Shown here piece by piece: positions 28,928-38,736 of a stretch of DNA of 64,000 nt. The position numbers and the translations under genes are program-made. The notes under the pieces are model-generated. The model worked only from the letters and a program-made list of their open reading frames with translations. It did no database searches and was not told the origin of the DNA. The stretch's first letter is position 1, and every line of letters begins with the position of its first letter. This stretch comes from Vicinamibacterales bacterium (lineage in GTDB: Bacteria > Acidobacteriota > Vicinamibacteria > Vicinamibacterales > UBA8438): NCBI GenBank assembly GCA_965207265.1, contig OZ242279.1:4174145-4238144 (forward strand), written 5' to 3'.

Positions 28928-30949
28928 TCATTCACTCGACGCCGGGGCCCGCTCCCAGACGTAGGGCCGTCCCGTCACGTGCCGCTCGAACCAGTCGAGC
29001 TCGACGTTCATCTTGAAGAGCTGGTGCCGGAGTTCGCGCCAACCGTGTCCCTCCCGCGGCGCGACGTAGAGGTGCGTGGGCACGTCGAGGCTCTTGAGCG
29101 CGCGATGCATCTCGACCGACTGCGGCATCGGCACGCGCAGGTCGTCCTCGCCGACCAGGAAGATCGTCGGCGTGGTCACGTTCGACACGTGCTTCAGCGG
29201 CGAGTGCTCCCAGTAGAGGTCGGTCGGGGCGTCGACCTGCCAGGGCGTTCCCCCGAACCACGGCGTGCGCTGGCTGCGCGTATCGCTCTGCGCGTACATG
29301 GAGATCCAGTTGGCCGCGCCCGCTCCGGAGGCCGCCGCCTGGAAGCGGTTGGTGTAGGTGATCACCTTGTTCGTCATGTGACCGCCGCCGCTCCAGCCCA
29401 TCTTCGCCATCCGCTCGCCGTCGACCAGGCCGGCCGCGATCAGGTGGTCGGCGCCCGCGATCACGTCCAGGTGGGCGTTCTTGAAGTAGCCGCCGACCAT
29501 GTCCCGCAGGAACGCATCGCCGTAGCCGGTGCTGCCGCGATAGTTGGGCTGCAGGACGAAGTAGCCGCGGGCCGCCAGCACCTGTATGGAGTTGCGCGGC
29601 GCTCCGAAGCCGAACTTGTCGGAGGCCTGAGGCCCCCCGTGGGTCTGTATGACCAGCGGGTACCGCCGGCCTTCCTCGTAGTCGAGGGGATAGAAGAGCA
29701 GGCCTTCCACCGTGACCCCGTCAGCGCCCGTCCACTGCGCCTTCTCCTGCCGCGGCAGCCGGAAGTCGCGCAGGTAGTCGAAGACTCGCGTCACGCGCGT
29801 CGGCGCCGCGCCGGCGCCGGTGTCCAGCAGCCAGACGTCTCCCGGGTTGTGCGGCCGGCGCAGGGTCAGGACGTGTTGGCCGGCCGCCGTCTCGAGGTTC
29901 CAGGCTCCTATCGAGTGGCGGCCGTCGGTGAGCTGTTCGGCCTCGCCCGTCGCCGCGTCCAGCCGGAACAGCTCGCTGTGCACTCCCATGTTCACGACCG
30001 CGAAGACCGCATCCCCGTCGGCCGACCAGGCCGCGTCGCTGAGCTCGTAGGGCAGATCGGGGGCCAGGACCGTGGCCGGACCCCCTTCGGCGGGGACCAC
30101 GAAGACGTTGCTGTTGTAGTACTTCTCGAACCGCTGGTTCGCGCGCGACAGAAACAGCACCCGGGAGCCGTCCGGGGACACCTGCGCTCCCGACTCCGGC
30201 ACGGCGTTGGCGGTCAGCCGGCGCGGATTGCTCCCGTCCGCTCCCATCACCCAGACCTCGCTCGCGTCGCGGTACTCGAGCACCGGATTCGGGGCGCGAT
30301 GCAGGGCGATCCGCGTGCCGTCGCGCGACAGGTCGTAGTCGATGACGGAGTAGTCGCCTTCGGTCACCCGCGCCGTTGCGCCGGTCGCTACGGTGACCGT
30401 CCACAGGTGACGGTGCTGGAAGTTCTCTTCGAAGGCGTAGACGTCGTCCTGCTCGGCCTCGCGGGCCTGCTCCTCCGCCGACTTCTCGTCGGCGGCGAGA
30501 AAGTGGATGCTTCTGCCGTCGGGCGACCACGCGATGCTCGAGACCGCCGTCGGGTGATGGGTCAACTGGCGCGCTTCGCCCCCCTGGTTGCTCAGCACGT
30601 GGATCTGCGCGGTGTCCGCCGCCCCGCGCGCCGCCAGAAACGCCACCAGGTCGCCATCCGGTGACCAGCGGGGATTCGACTCCCCATCCTCCCCGCGGGT
30701 CAGTTGCACGGTGTTGCTACCGTCCGCGTCGGCCCGCCAGATGTGGCTGAGCGCCCGGTTCGCCTCCCAGTCGGCCTCGGCGAGCACGTACAGCACGTGA
30801 CGGCCATCGGGCGACAACTGCGGATCGCTCAGGCGAGGCACTTCGAGCAGATCGACCAGCGTCATGGCTCGCTGTGCCTGCCCCTCCGCCGCGCCGCCGA
30901 GGAGCAGGCACACCACTGACAGCGCCGTGAGGATTCGCAGTCGAGTCAT
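28928..30949 (-). CDS. Exported S9 family peptidase (second paralog)
   Basis: This is the in-frame part of track ORF 28928..31135, starting at ATG 30949 (MTRLRILTALSVVCLLLGGAAEGQA). It has propeller repeats ('LSPDGRHV', 'WSPDGDLV', 'WSPDGRSI', 'VSPDGSRV') and a hydrolase domain with 'GWSGGGHM' (GxSxG). Confidence 0.85.
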   Translation of the reverse strand: MTRLRILTALSVVCLLLGGAAEGQAQRAMTLVDLLEVPRLSDPQLSPDGRHVLYVLAEADWEANRALSHIWRADADGSNTVQLTRGEDGESNPRWSPDGDLVAFLAARGAADTAQIHVLSNQGGEARQLTHHPTAVSSIAWSPDGRSIHFLAADEKSAEEQAREAEQDDVYAFEENFQHRHLWTVTVATGATARVTEGDYSVIDYDLSRDGTRIALHRAPNPVLEYRDASEVWVMGADGSNPRRLTANAVPESGAQVSPDGSRVLFLSRANQRFEKYYNSNVFVVPAEGGPATVLAPDLPYELSDAAWSADGDAVFAVVNMGVHSELFRLDAATGEAEQLTDGRHSIGAWNLETAAGQHVLTLRRPHNPGDVWLLDTGAGAAPTRVTRVFDYLRDFRLPRQEKAQWTGADGVTVEGLLFYPLDYEEGRRYPLVIQTHGGPQASDKFGFGAPRNSIQVLAARGYFVLQPNYRGSTGYGDAFLRDMVGGYFKNAHLDVIAGADHLIAAGLVDGERMAKMGWSGGGHMTNKVITYTNRFQAAASGAGAANWISMYAQSDTRSQRTPWFGGTPWQVDAPTDLYWEHSPLKHVSNVTTPTIFLVGEDDLRVPMPQSVEMHRALKSLDVPTHLYVAPREGHGWRELRHQLFKMNVELDWFERHVTGRPYVWERAPASSE

Positions 30950-31107
30950 CGCGCACGTCCTTTCGGAACCACCGCTACCGCCGACCATCAATGCCGACCC
31001 ATAATAGCGGTCCCGGGCCGGAAGTTCCCGTGCGCGGACGGGTCTCGGACATCCGGTCCCGCGGGCGACGGGAATCGCGTGACGACTCAGGAGCCGAGGA
31101 GGCCGCC

Positions 31108-31533
31108 ATGCTGAAGTGGAAGCTGATCGCAGCATTCGGTTTGTCGTGCGGGGTCGCCGGCGTCGGCTGGGGACTCGCCCAGCAGCCGCGCGAGCCCGGC
31201 TTCTTCGAGTTGCGCATCTACAAGACGCTGCCGGGAAAACGGGACGCGCTGGCGGCCCGTTTCGGAGACTACACCACCGGGATCTACGAGCGGCACGGGA
31301 TACGCAACGTCGGTTACTGGCTCGCGACCTCGGGCGATGACGCCGACCGCACGTTCGTGTACATGCGGGGATACCCTTCGCGGCAAGCGCGGGACGAGCG
31401 ACTCGCCAACGCGCACGCCGACCCGGAGTTCCATGAGGTCGTGAGGGCGACGGAGCGCAACCCCGACACCCGACTCATCGAGTCGGTGCAGTCCGTGGAC
31501 CTCGTACCGACGGAGTACTCCGCCGTCAGGTAG
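31108..31533 (+). CDS. NIPSNAP family protein with N-terminal hydrophobic leader
   Basis: The ATG at 31108 follows an SD-like GAGGAGG. 'FFELRIYKTLPGKRDALAARF' and 'FVYMRGYPSRQARDE' fit the NIPSNAP dimeric alpha/beta barrel. Confidence 0.65.
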   Translation: MLKWKLIAAFGLSCGVAGVGWGLAQQPREPGFFELRIYKTLPGKRDALAARFGDYTTGIYERHGIRNVGYWLATSGDDADRTFVYMRGYPSRQARDERLANAHADPEFHEVVRATERNPDTRLIESVQSVDLVPTEYSAVR

Positions 31534-31544
31534 TGAGGCCGGCT

Positions 31545-31565
31545 CGGGAACAAGTGGAGTTCCCG
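31545..31565. terminator. Hairpin between convergent genes (possible bidirectional terminator)
   Basis: CGGGAAC-aagtgga-GTTCCCG is a perfect 7-bp stem with a 7-nt loop. It sits in the 38-nt gap between the NIPSNAP stop and the VOC-gene stop. There is no U-tract. Confidence 0.3.
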
Positions 31566-31571
31566 TGCTCC

Positions 31572-31958
31572 TCAGCCGATGCGCTGGTGAAAGTAGTAGC
31601 AGAGCCCGTCCGGTGCCACCACGAAGAAGACCTGATACTTATTCCCATCGCGCTCGTCCACGCGCCAGTTGGCCGTCTTCACCCCGTTGGCCTGCATCTC
31701 GTCGCGAGCCCGGTGGATGTCGCTGACCAGAATGGCGGCGCCCTCCTGGCTCGGGTCGCCGCCGTTGACCGCGAAGCCGATTCGGACGCCGTCCCGCGCC
31801 ATGATGATGGTGGGAACCGGGTAGCTGCGACGCTCGACCTCCACGAGGCCGAAGCTGGCGGCGTACCATGCTGCCGCCCGATCGATGTCCTCGACGGGCA
31901 ACGCCAGGACATCGTCGGCGAACGGGAACGCCGCTTCGTAGAGCTTGGACGAGGCCAC
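31572..31958 (-). CDS. VOC (glyoxalase/bleomycin-resistance/dioxygenase) family protein
   Basis: At 128 aa, it has 'LPVEDIDRAAAWYAASFGL' and a C-terminal 'VVAPDGLCYYF', as expected for the paired beta-alpha-beta-beta-beta modules of VOC proteins. Confidence 0.7.
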   Translation of the reverse strand: MASSKLYEAAFPFADDVLALPVEDIDRAAAWYAASFGLVEVERRSYPVPTIIMARDGVRIGFAVNGGDPSQEGAAILVSDIHRARDEMQANGVKTANWRVDERDGNKYQVFFVVAPDGLCYYFHQRIG

Positions 31959-32011
31959 GTCGTCGTTTGTCCGCTATCGGTCGTGACGGCGCGGCCCTTC
32001 CTCGGTGGCTT

Positions 32012-33343
32012 CTACACGCCCGACAGTAGCGGCAGGCGCCCGGTGCTGTCGCCGAACTGCTCCACGCGCACGCCGAACTTGGCCATCAGGCTGAGCGACA
32101 GGTTCGCCAGCGGCGTGCCCTTCGGATACACGAGGTGGCGGTTGCCCTGCAGGCCGCGCTCCGGCCCGCCGACCACGACCACCGGCACGTCGTAGTTGTT
32201 GTGGATGTTGCCGTCGCTCATGCCGCTGCCGTAGAGGACCACGGTGCCGTCGAGCAGCGTGCCGTCGCCGTCGGGGATCGACTGCAGTCGGTCCAGGTAG
32301 TAGGCCAGCGTGTCCACGTGGTAGGTGTTCAGCTTCGTGAAGTCCTGCATCTTGTCCGGGTTGTTGCCGTGGTGCGACATCGAGTGGTGCGCCTCGGGCA
32401 ACCCGATCTCGTTGTAGGACCGGTTGATGTTCTCGCGCGCCATCATGAACGAGGTGACGCGGGTGATGTCGGCCTGGAACGCCAGCACCTGCAGGTCGAA
32501 CATCAGCTCGGCGTACTCGCGGAAGGTCTCCGGCACGCCGACGGGGCGCTCGGGGACCGCGAAGTCGGTGTTGGTCGACTCCGCCCGCGCGATGCGCCGC
32601 TCGACGTCGCGGATGGAGTCGAGGTACTCGCCGAGCTTGGTGCGGTCGTGTCCGCCGAGGCGGCTCGACAGCGCCGCGATCTCGCGCGTCAGGCCGTCGA
32701 GGATGCTGCGGTCCTCTTCCACGCGCAACTGCCGCTCCTCGGCGGTGTCGCCGGTGCCGAACAGCCGCTCGAACACGAACCGGGGGTTCGTCTCGGCCGG
32801 CAGCGGCATGGTCGGCGTCTTCCACGACAGCGAGTTCATGTAGGCGCAGGCGTAGCCGTGGTCGCAGGCGCCGACGACGTCGTTGCGGTCGACGGAGACC
32901 TCCAACGACGGCAGCTTCGAGTCGCGGCAGATCAACTCGGCGATCATCTGGTCGACCGTCGTGCCCGCCTCCACGTCGGCTCCCTCGGTCTGCTTCGGGT
33001 GCACCGAGCTCATGAACGCGGGGGCGGCGCGCGGATGCTGTCCGCCGGTGTCCCCCTGGTCGGTGGCCGGGTAGTTGTCGAGCCCGCTCAGGATGAGCGT
33101 CCGGCTCCGGAACGGTTCCAACGGTTGCTGAATGGGCGACAGCTCGAAACCGACGCCCTCGGTCGGGGGCGTCCAGTCCCACATGTTCATGCCGTTGCCG
33201 ACGTAGACGGCCGCGAACCGCGGCGTCCCCGGCGCGCGGGCCGACATCGCCGGCACCATCGCGTCGAGCAGCGGGAGGGCGAGCGTCGCGCCCATGCCGC
33301 GCAGGAAGGTTCGTCTCGGCAGCGCCTGCTTCGTGATCAGCAT
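32012..33343 (-). CDS. DUF1552 domain protein (Tat-like leader)
   Basis: The start is taken at Met17 of track ORF 32012..33391. 'LPRRTFLRGMGATLALPLLDAM' is the family-typical N-terminus. It lies downstream of a DUF1592-type gene, the canonical pairing. Confidence 0.75.
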   Translation of the reverse strand: MLITKQALPRRTFLRGMGATLALPLLDAMVPAMSARAPGTPRFAAVYVGNGMNMWDWTPPTEGVGFELSPIQQPLEPFRSRTLILSGLDNYPATDQGDTGGQHPRAAPAFMSSVHPKQTEGADVEAGTTVDQMIAELICRDSKLPSLEVSVDRNDVVGACDHGYACAYMNSLSWKTPTMPLPAETNPRFVFERLFGTGDTAEERQLRVEEDRSILDGLTREIAALSSRLGGHDRTKLGEYLDSIRDVERRIARAESTNTDFAVPERPVGVPETFREYAELMFDLQVLAFQADITRVTSFMMARENINRSYNEIGLPEAHHSMSHHGNNPDKMQDFTKLNTYHVDTLAYYLDRLQSIPDGDGTLLDGTVVLYGSGMSDGNIHNNYDVPVVVVGGPERGLQGNRHLVYPKGTPLANLSLSLMAKFGVRVEQFGDSTGRLPLLSGV

Positions 33344-33466
33344 TGCGTCTCTCCCCCGGATCCTGCGCCAGATTATCATGGTCCCGCCCACAGGCGGGAG
33401 AGCGGATGATCCGCCGGCGCCGGCCCCGGGACGTATCCCCGAAGACGAACCCGATCACTTCCATCG

Positions 33467-35956
33467 TCACTGCGCCATCCGCATCCGGAACGGCGTGCTC
33501 TCGACGACGCCGCGCACCAGCGCTGCGAAACGGTGGTCCTCGTCCGCCGCGTTACGCATGATCTGCCGCACGGTGGGCATGTCGGTCGCTTCGAGCCCGC
33601 GCCCGAGGGCGTAGGTCAGGAGCCGGTCGACCGCCGTCGTCAGGAAATCGTCCGCGTGGCTCAGCAGCAGCGCGCGGAGCTCGGCCGGACCGTCGAACGT
33701 CGTGCCGTCGGGGAACTCCGCCGACGCGTCGATCGGCAGCCCGGACGCGTAGATGTCGCGCCACTCGCCGATCGCGTCGAAGTTCTCGAGCGCGAAGCCC
33801 AACTGGTCCATCTGGGCGTGGCAGGCCGCGCAGACCGGGTTCGCCCGGTGGGCCGCCATCTGCTCGCGCATCGGGAGCACCTTGCGCGGGTCGCGCTCCT
33901 CGACCAGGTCCGGGACGTCGGGCGGCGGCGGGGGCGGCGGCGTGCCCAGGAGGTTTTCCAGGATCCACTTGCCGCGGATGACCGGCGACGTGCGGTTCGA
34001 GCGCGACGTGCCGGTGAGGATCGAGCCCTGCCCGAGCAGCCCGCGGCGCACGCTGTCGGGCGGCAGCGCCACGCGCCGGAAGCGCTCGCCGTGAACGCCG
34101 GGAATGCCGTAGTGCCGGGCGAGCCGCTCGTTCAGGAACGTGTAGTCGGCGTCGAGCAGGTCGAGCACGCTGCGGTTCTCGCGGACGATGCTCTCGAAGA
34201 ACAGCTTCGTCTCCTGCTCGAAGGCCTGCCGCAGGTTGTCGTCGAAGTGGAACAGCAGCTCAGGGCTCGGCTGGAACCCCGCCACGTTGCGGATGTGCAG
34301 CCACTGGCCGGCGAAGTTGTCGACCAGCGCCTGCGAGCGCGGGTCGGCCAGCATCCGCTGCACCTGCCCCGGCAGCACGTCCGGGTCGTGCAGCTTCTCC
34401 GCGACGGCCAGCTCCAGCAGCTCGTCGTCCGGGAGGCTGCTCCAGAGGAAGAACGAGAGGCGCGAGGCCAGCTCCAGGTCCGATATGGGGTAGGGCGTGC
34501 CGGGCTCGACCGAGGCCGGCTGGTCCTCGAACCGGAACAGGAAGCGCGGGCTGACCAGGATGCCGCGCACGGCCAGCTCGATGCCCGCCTCGAAGCCGCC
34601 CCGCGCCGCCCCGTCGCGGTACAGGCCGAGCGGGATCCGGAGGTCGGCGTCGCTCACCGGGCGCCGCCAGGCGCGCCGCGCCAGCGTCGAGACGATGGTG
34701 CGCGCGCAGGGCTCCTCGTCCGCCGCGGCGGCCGGCGTGCAGACGAACAGCCTGCGGCGGCTGGGCGAGTCTCCTACGGTGACGGTGTCGGGAAGCGGCC
34801 CGGTGATCGCCACGCTGGAGACGACCGGCTCGCCGTTCGGGGCCCGGTACGGGTCCCGGCGCAGGTCCGGGTCGAACAGGTCCTCGACGTAGGCCGAGGT
34901 CCTGGCGGTGAAGTAGACCTGCACGAGGCGCGAGCCGGCGGACACCGGCGCCTCGAACCGCATGCTCTCCAGGATCAACCGGTTGCGCTCGTTGCCGCGC
35001 AGGCCCGGCGGGCGCTGCACGATGCCGGTCCAGACCCGCTCGCCGTCGATGCTCACGTGGAGCTCGTGCGGCTCGCCGGTGACGCCTTCGAAACCGCCGG
35101 CGACGCCGCTTTCCTTCGGCCGCATCTGGAACGCGTATTCGCCGTCGGCGGGAAAGTAGTAGCGGAAGGCGGTGCCGCCGCGCGATCCGAACGGCAGCGC
35201 ATCGCCGATGCGCGTGCCCTGATCGCGGTCGGTCGGTACGAAGAAGGTCTCCGGCGCGGGCGTTCCCCGCGGCCGGCCGAGCGCCATCTCCGCGATCCGT
35301 GCGGCGGCGCCCAGGTAGCGCTCGGTGAGCGCCGACGACAGGGTCAGCGCGTCGGCGTTGTTGTCGAAGCCGTACGCCGCGTTGTCGGCGGGCAGCAGCG
35401 CCGTATCGACATCCACCGCCAGCAGATCGCGGACCGCGTTGGCGTACTCCGTGCGGTTCAGGCGGTGCAGGGTGGGCCGCCCGGGATCGGGGTTCGCCAG
35501 CGCCGCGCGGTCGAGCTCGGTCGCGAGCCAACTCACCACGGCGTCGTAGGTGGCACTGTCGGGCCGCGGCCGCCCCGCCGGCGGCATCGCCCCGGTCCGC
35601 AGCTTGCGGATCACCGCTTCCCAGACCTCCGGCTGCTCGCCCGCCCGCGTCATGTCCAGGACGTCGAGAGCGAGTCCGGCCGTCAGCGTGCGCCGGTTGT
35701 GGCAGGCGAAGCAGTAGCGCTGCAGGACGGCGCGGGGAGCAGGTCCGCTCGGCGCCGCGCGCGGGGCGGTCTCCGGCCGCGTCCCGGCACCTGCCGCCGC
35801 CGGTGCTCCGGCGCTCTGCTCCGTGGCGTTCCGGGCCTGCGGCGCAGCACTCGGCGCCGCGTCGCCGGCGATGACGGCGAAACCGACCGCCGCGCTCAGT
35901 GCGAGCGCCAGCCGCCGCATCCGACGCGTCGACGTCACTGCCTTCTGGCCCGTCAT
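33467..35956 (-). CDS. DUF1592/DUF1588/DUF1585/DUF1587/DUF1595-type multidomain protein with cytochrome-c-like CxxCH motifs
   Basis: This is the in-frame part of track ORF 33467..37018, starting at ATG 35956. The ATGA overlaps the ankyrin-gene stop. The N-terminal 'LQRYCFACHN' and a later 'NPVCAACHAQMDQLGFALENFDAIGEWR' are hallmark blocks of this family. Confidence 0.75.
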   Translation of the reverse strand: MTGQKAVTSTRRMRRLALALSAAVGFAVIAGDAAPSAAPQARNATEQSAGAPAAAGAGTRPETAPRAAPSGPAPRAVLQRYCFACHNRRTLTAGLALDVLDMTRAGEQPEVWEAVIRKLRTGAMPPAGRPRPDSATYDAVVSWLATELDRAALANPDPGRPTLHRLNRTEYANAVRDLLAVDVDTALLPADNAAYGFDNNADALTLSSALTERYLGAAARIAEMALGRPRGTPAPETFFVPTDRDQGTRIGDALPFGSRGGTAFRYYFPADGEYAFQMRPKESGVAGGFEGVTGEPHELHVSIDGERVWTGIVQRPPGLRGNERNRLILESMRFEAPVSAGSRLVQVYFTARTSAYVEDLFDPDLRRDPYRAPNGEPVVSSVAITGPLPDTVTVGDSPSRRRLFVCTPAAAADEEPCARTIVSTLARRAWRRPVSDADLRIPLGLYRDGAARGGFEAGIELAVRGILVSPRFLFRFEDQPASVEPGTPYPISDLELASRLSFFLWSSLPDDELLELAVAEKLHDPDVLPGQVQRMLADPRSQALVDNFAGQWLHIRNVAGFQPSPELLFHFDDNLRQAFEQETKLFFESIVRENRSVLDLLDADYTFLNERLARHYGIPGVHGERFRRVALPPDSVRRGLLGQGSILTGTSRSNRTSPVIRGKWILENLLGTPPPPPPPDVPDLVEERDPRKVLPMREQMAAHRANPVCAACHAQMDQLGFALENFDAIGEWRDIYASGLPIDASAEFPDGTTFDGPAELRALLLSHADDFLTTAVDRLLTYALGRGLEATDMPTVRQIMRNAADEDHRFAALVRGVVESTPFRMRMAQ

Positions 35957-37536
35957 CGCTTCAGCGCCTCCTCCGGGATGGCCGCTGCGCAGGGCGCCGG
36001 ACACTCGATCTCCCTGGCTCCCAGCTCCCGCAGCAGCACGGCGGTGTGGGGATGCGCGGCGAACGAGTTGCCGTACTCCACGCCGTCGGCGACCCGCAGC
36101 GGCGTCCGGCCGTCCAGGGCCACCACGTCCAGTTCGGCGCCCTGGTCGAACAGGTACTGCACCACGCTGTTGGCGCCGCGATACGCCGCCGCGTGCATCG
36201 CCGTCTCGCCGACGTCGCTGACCGCGTTGACGTCCGCGCCCAGTTCCTCGACGATCAGCTTGACCGCCTCCAATACCTGCGCCTCGCTGGCGCGGTCCTG
36301 GTTCGACGCCCAGGAGATGCCCGCCGCCGCCATCAGCGGCGTGATGCCGTCCTCGGTGTCGATCGTCGGGTCGCCGCCGTACTCCAGCAACAGGCGCAGC
36401 ACCTCGACGTCGGCGGACTTGGCCGCCAGCATGAATGCGGTGGCGCCGGTCATGTGCCGGCGGTACCGCGCCCCCGACCAGCGCGGCTCCTCCATCGAGT
36501 TGCGCCCGTTGACGTCCGCGCCGTAGGCGAGAAGCGAGCGCAGGACGCGCAGCCGGTCCAGGTTCACCACGATGAACTGGTCGCTGATGTGCCAGTTCGC
36601 CACGTGCACCGCCGCCTGCAGCGGCCGGCCGAAGATGTTGCCGCGGACGATGCCCTCGTTCTCGCGCTCGCTGTAGCCGAGCTTGCGTATCGTGAGCGGT
36701 ATCGACTCGGCGCGCATGCCCTGCACGGTCAGCCGCGTGGAGCCGCCCTCGGCGTTGGGGTCGGCGCCCGCGGCGAGGAGCAGGTCCACGAGGTCTTCGT
36801 GGCCGTTGACGACCGCCACGAGCAGGGGAGTCGCGCCGTCGGGACGCGACTCGTTCACGTCCGCGCCGGCCGCGAGCAGCGCCCGGACGGCCCCGATGCT
36901 GCCTTTGCGCACGGCGAACAGGAGCGGCGTCGCGCCGCTGTTGGAGCGCGCGCGGATATCCGCGCCGAGGTCGATCAACGACTCGACTACCGGCACGTGT
37001 CCCTCTGCTCCCGCCCACATGAGGGCCGACTGGCCGTTCCAGTTCTCCTGCGCGTCGACGTCGGCGCCGGCGGCCGCCAGCACCTGCACCGCATCGACCT
37101 GCCCGCTCCTTGCCGCCAGCATCAGCGGCGTCTCGCCTGCGTTGACCGCCTGCAGCGGGTCGTTGGGATCGACGCCGGCCGCCAGGAGCTGCGAAACGAT
37201 CTCGGCGTTGCCGTTGCGGGCCGCGAGGGAAAGCGGGGTGACGCCGTAGTCGTTGGCCGCGTCGACATCGGCCCCGGCGCGGATCAGGGCTGCGGCGGTC
37301 TCCGCGTCGTTGCGATACGCGGCCCAGTGCAGGGCGGTGGCCCCGTCGCCCTGCGCCGCGTCGATGTCCGCATGCCGCGCGAGCAGAGTCCGCACCGCCG
37401 CGGCGTCGCCGCGCTGCACCGCATCCGCGAGCGCGGCCTCCTGGGCCGCGGCGCCGGGAGCGGCTGCAACGAGCAGAACGCCGGCAAGAAGCGCGTACGG
37501 CAGCCGTCGTCGGAGCGCAACATCCACCCGCATCAT
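35953..37536 (-). CDS. Exported ankyrin-repeat protein (paralog 2 of 3)
   Basis: The start is taken at the MM pair (37536/37533) preceding the signal-like 'RRRLPYALLAGVLLVAAAPGAAAQ'. It is collinear with the other two ankyrin proteins, for example 'GDGATALHWAAYRNDAETAAALIRAGADVDAANDYGVTPL'. Confidence 0.8.
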   Translation of the reverse strand: MMRVDVALRRRLPYALLAGVLLVAAAPGAAAQEAALADAVQRGDAAAVRTLLARHADIDAAQGDGATALHWAAYRNDAETAAALIRAGADVDAANDYGVTPLSLAARNGNAEIVSQLLAAGVDPNDPLQAVNAGETPLMLAARSGQVDAVQVLAAAGADVDAQENWNGQSALMWAGAEGHVPVVESLIDLGADIRARSNSGATPLLFAVRKGSIGAVRALLAAGADVNESRPDGATPLLVAVVNGHEDLVDLLLAAGADPNAEGGSTRLTVQGMRAESIPLTIRKLGYSERENEGIVRGNIFGRPLQAAVHVANWHISDQFIVVNLDRLRVLRSLLAYGADVNGRNSMEEPRWSGARYRRHMTGATAFMLAAKSADVEVLRLLLEYGGDPTIDTEDGITPLMAAAGISWASNQDRASEAQVLEAVKLIVEELGADVNAVSDVGETAMHAAAYRGANSVVQYLFDQGAELDVVALDGRTPLRVADGVEYGNSFAAHPHTAVLLRELGAREIECPAPCAAAIPEEALKR

Positions 37537-37589
37537 GTCTTCCCGATGGACGCCCATACTACTACGCGGCGCCGCTTCCGGCACCGCTC

Positions 37590-37853
37590 TTGCTCCCGAT
37601 TCGGTGGTACGATGCCGGCGGCCGGCCGAGCGGTGTCCTGTTTCACCCGGTTGTCCTCGCGGACCTGTTGGAATGCCGTGCGATGCTCGCACGCCACGAG
37701 GCCGTGCAGCCGCGTGATGCGATCCACGCTGCCGTCATGCTTCGCACGGGCGTCCGGAGGATCGTCAGCTACGACCGGCACTTCGACGAGATTCCCGGCA
37801 TCGATCGCCTCACGCCCGACGAAGCGGCGCCGAGCCGGGAGTCTGTGCCGTAG
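37590..37853 (+). pseudogene. Probable remnant of a PIN-domain (VapC-like) toxin gene, N-terminally truncated, no antitoxin
   Basis: The 87-aa ORF ends in '...PRDAIHAAVMLRTGVRRIVSYDRHFDEIPGIDRL', matching the C-terminal D-x-(I/L)-x-A-A...T-x-D-x-x-F block of PIN domains. The first about 45 aa of a normal PIN, including the N-terminal Asp, are absent. Confidence 0.4.
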
Positions 37854-37955
37854 GCACGGCGTAGACTCCCATGCGGGCCTGGTTGGGCGAAATCGGAGGC
37901 TGCGGCGCGATCGCAGCGATCTCGTTCGGCGACGATTCTCGGGCGGGGGCACCAC

Positions 37956-38729
37956 ATGACGATTGCCACGTGGAACGTCAACGGGTTGCGGGCCCGGCTG
38001 GATTTCGTGCGGCACTGGCTCGACGCGCGCCGGCCCGACCTGGTCGGCATCCAGGAGCTGAAGCTGACCGACGACGAGTTCCCGCGGCAGGCGTTCGAGG
38101 ACGCCGGCTACCGCGCCGAGCCGTACGGCCAGAAGGCGTGGAACGGCGTGGCGATCCTGTCGCGCGAACCGGTCCGGGCGGTGTGCCGCGGACTGCCGGG
38201 GCAGGAGGATCTGGGCGCGCGCCTCCTCACCGCCGAGGCCGGCGACCTGTCTTTCACAACCGTCTACTGCCCGAACGGCAAGTCCGTCGACCACGCCGAC
38301 TATCCCCGCAAGCTGGCCTGGTTCGAGAGCCTGCGGCGGCACTTCGCCGAGCAACACGATCCGCGGCGGCCGACGGTGCTGTGCGGCGACTTCAACGTCG
38401 TGCCGGGGGCCCTCGACAGTTGGGACGAAGCGGCGCTCGAAGGACGCATCTTTCACACCGACGCCGAGCGGGCGCGCTTCCGCGGACTGCTCGACTGGGG
38501 GTTCACCGACCTGTTCCGCCACCACCGGCCCGACACGCGGGCGTTCTCCTGGTGGGACTACCGCGGCGGCGCCTTCCATCGGAACCTGGGCCTGCGCATC
38601 GACCTGCTGCTCGGCACCGCGGGCGTGGTGTCCCGCCTGCGGCGCGTCGAGATCGATCGCGACTACCGCAAGAAGAAGGACGGGTTGATCGCATCCGATC
38701 ACGCCCCGGTCATCGCCGAGCTGGCGTGA
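37956..38729 (+). CDS. xthA: Exodeoxyribonuclease III
   Basis: It has '[15 protein letters not shown]', 'DLVGIQELK' and the C-terminal 'ASDHAPV', all canonical for the ExoIII/APE1 family. Confidence 0.9.
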   Translation: MTIATWNVNGLRARLDFVRHWLDARRPDLVGIQELKLTDDEFPRQAFEDAGYRAEPYGQKAWNGVAILSREPVRAVCRGLPGQEDLGARLLTAEAGDLSFTTVYCPNGKSVDHADYPRKLAWFESLRRHFAEQHDPRRPTVLCGDFNVVPGALDSWDEAALEGRIFHTDAERARFRGLLDWGFTDLFRHHRPDTRAFSWWDYRGGAFHRNLGLRIDLLLGTAGVVSRLRRVEIDRDYRKKKDGLIASDHAPVIAELA

Positions 38730-38736
38730 GCTCGTC

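Noticed and set aside
35957-37018. A 354-codon N-terminal extension of the DUF1592-type ORF.
   Set aside because: It runs through the ankyrin gene in a different frame. The ATG at 35956 overlaps the ankyrin stop (ATGA) and precedes a signal-like segment.
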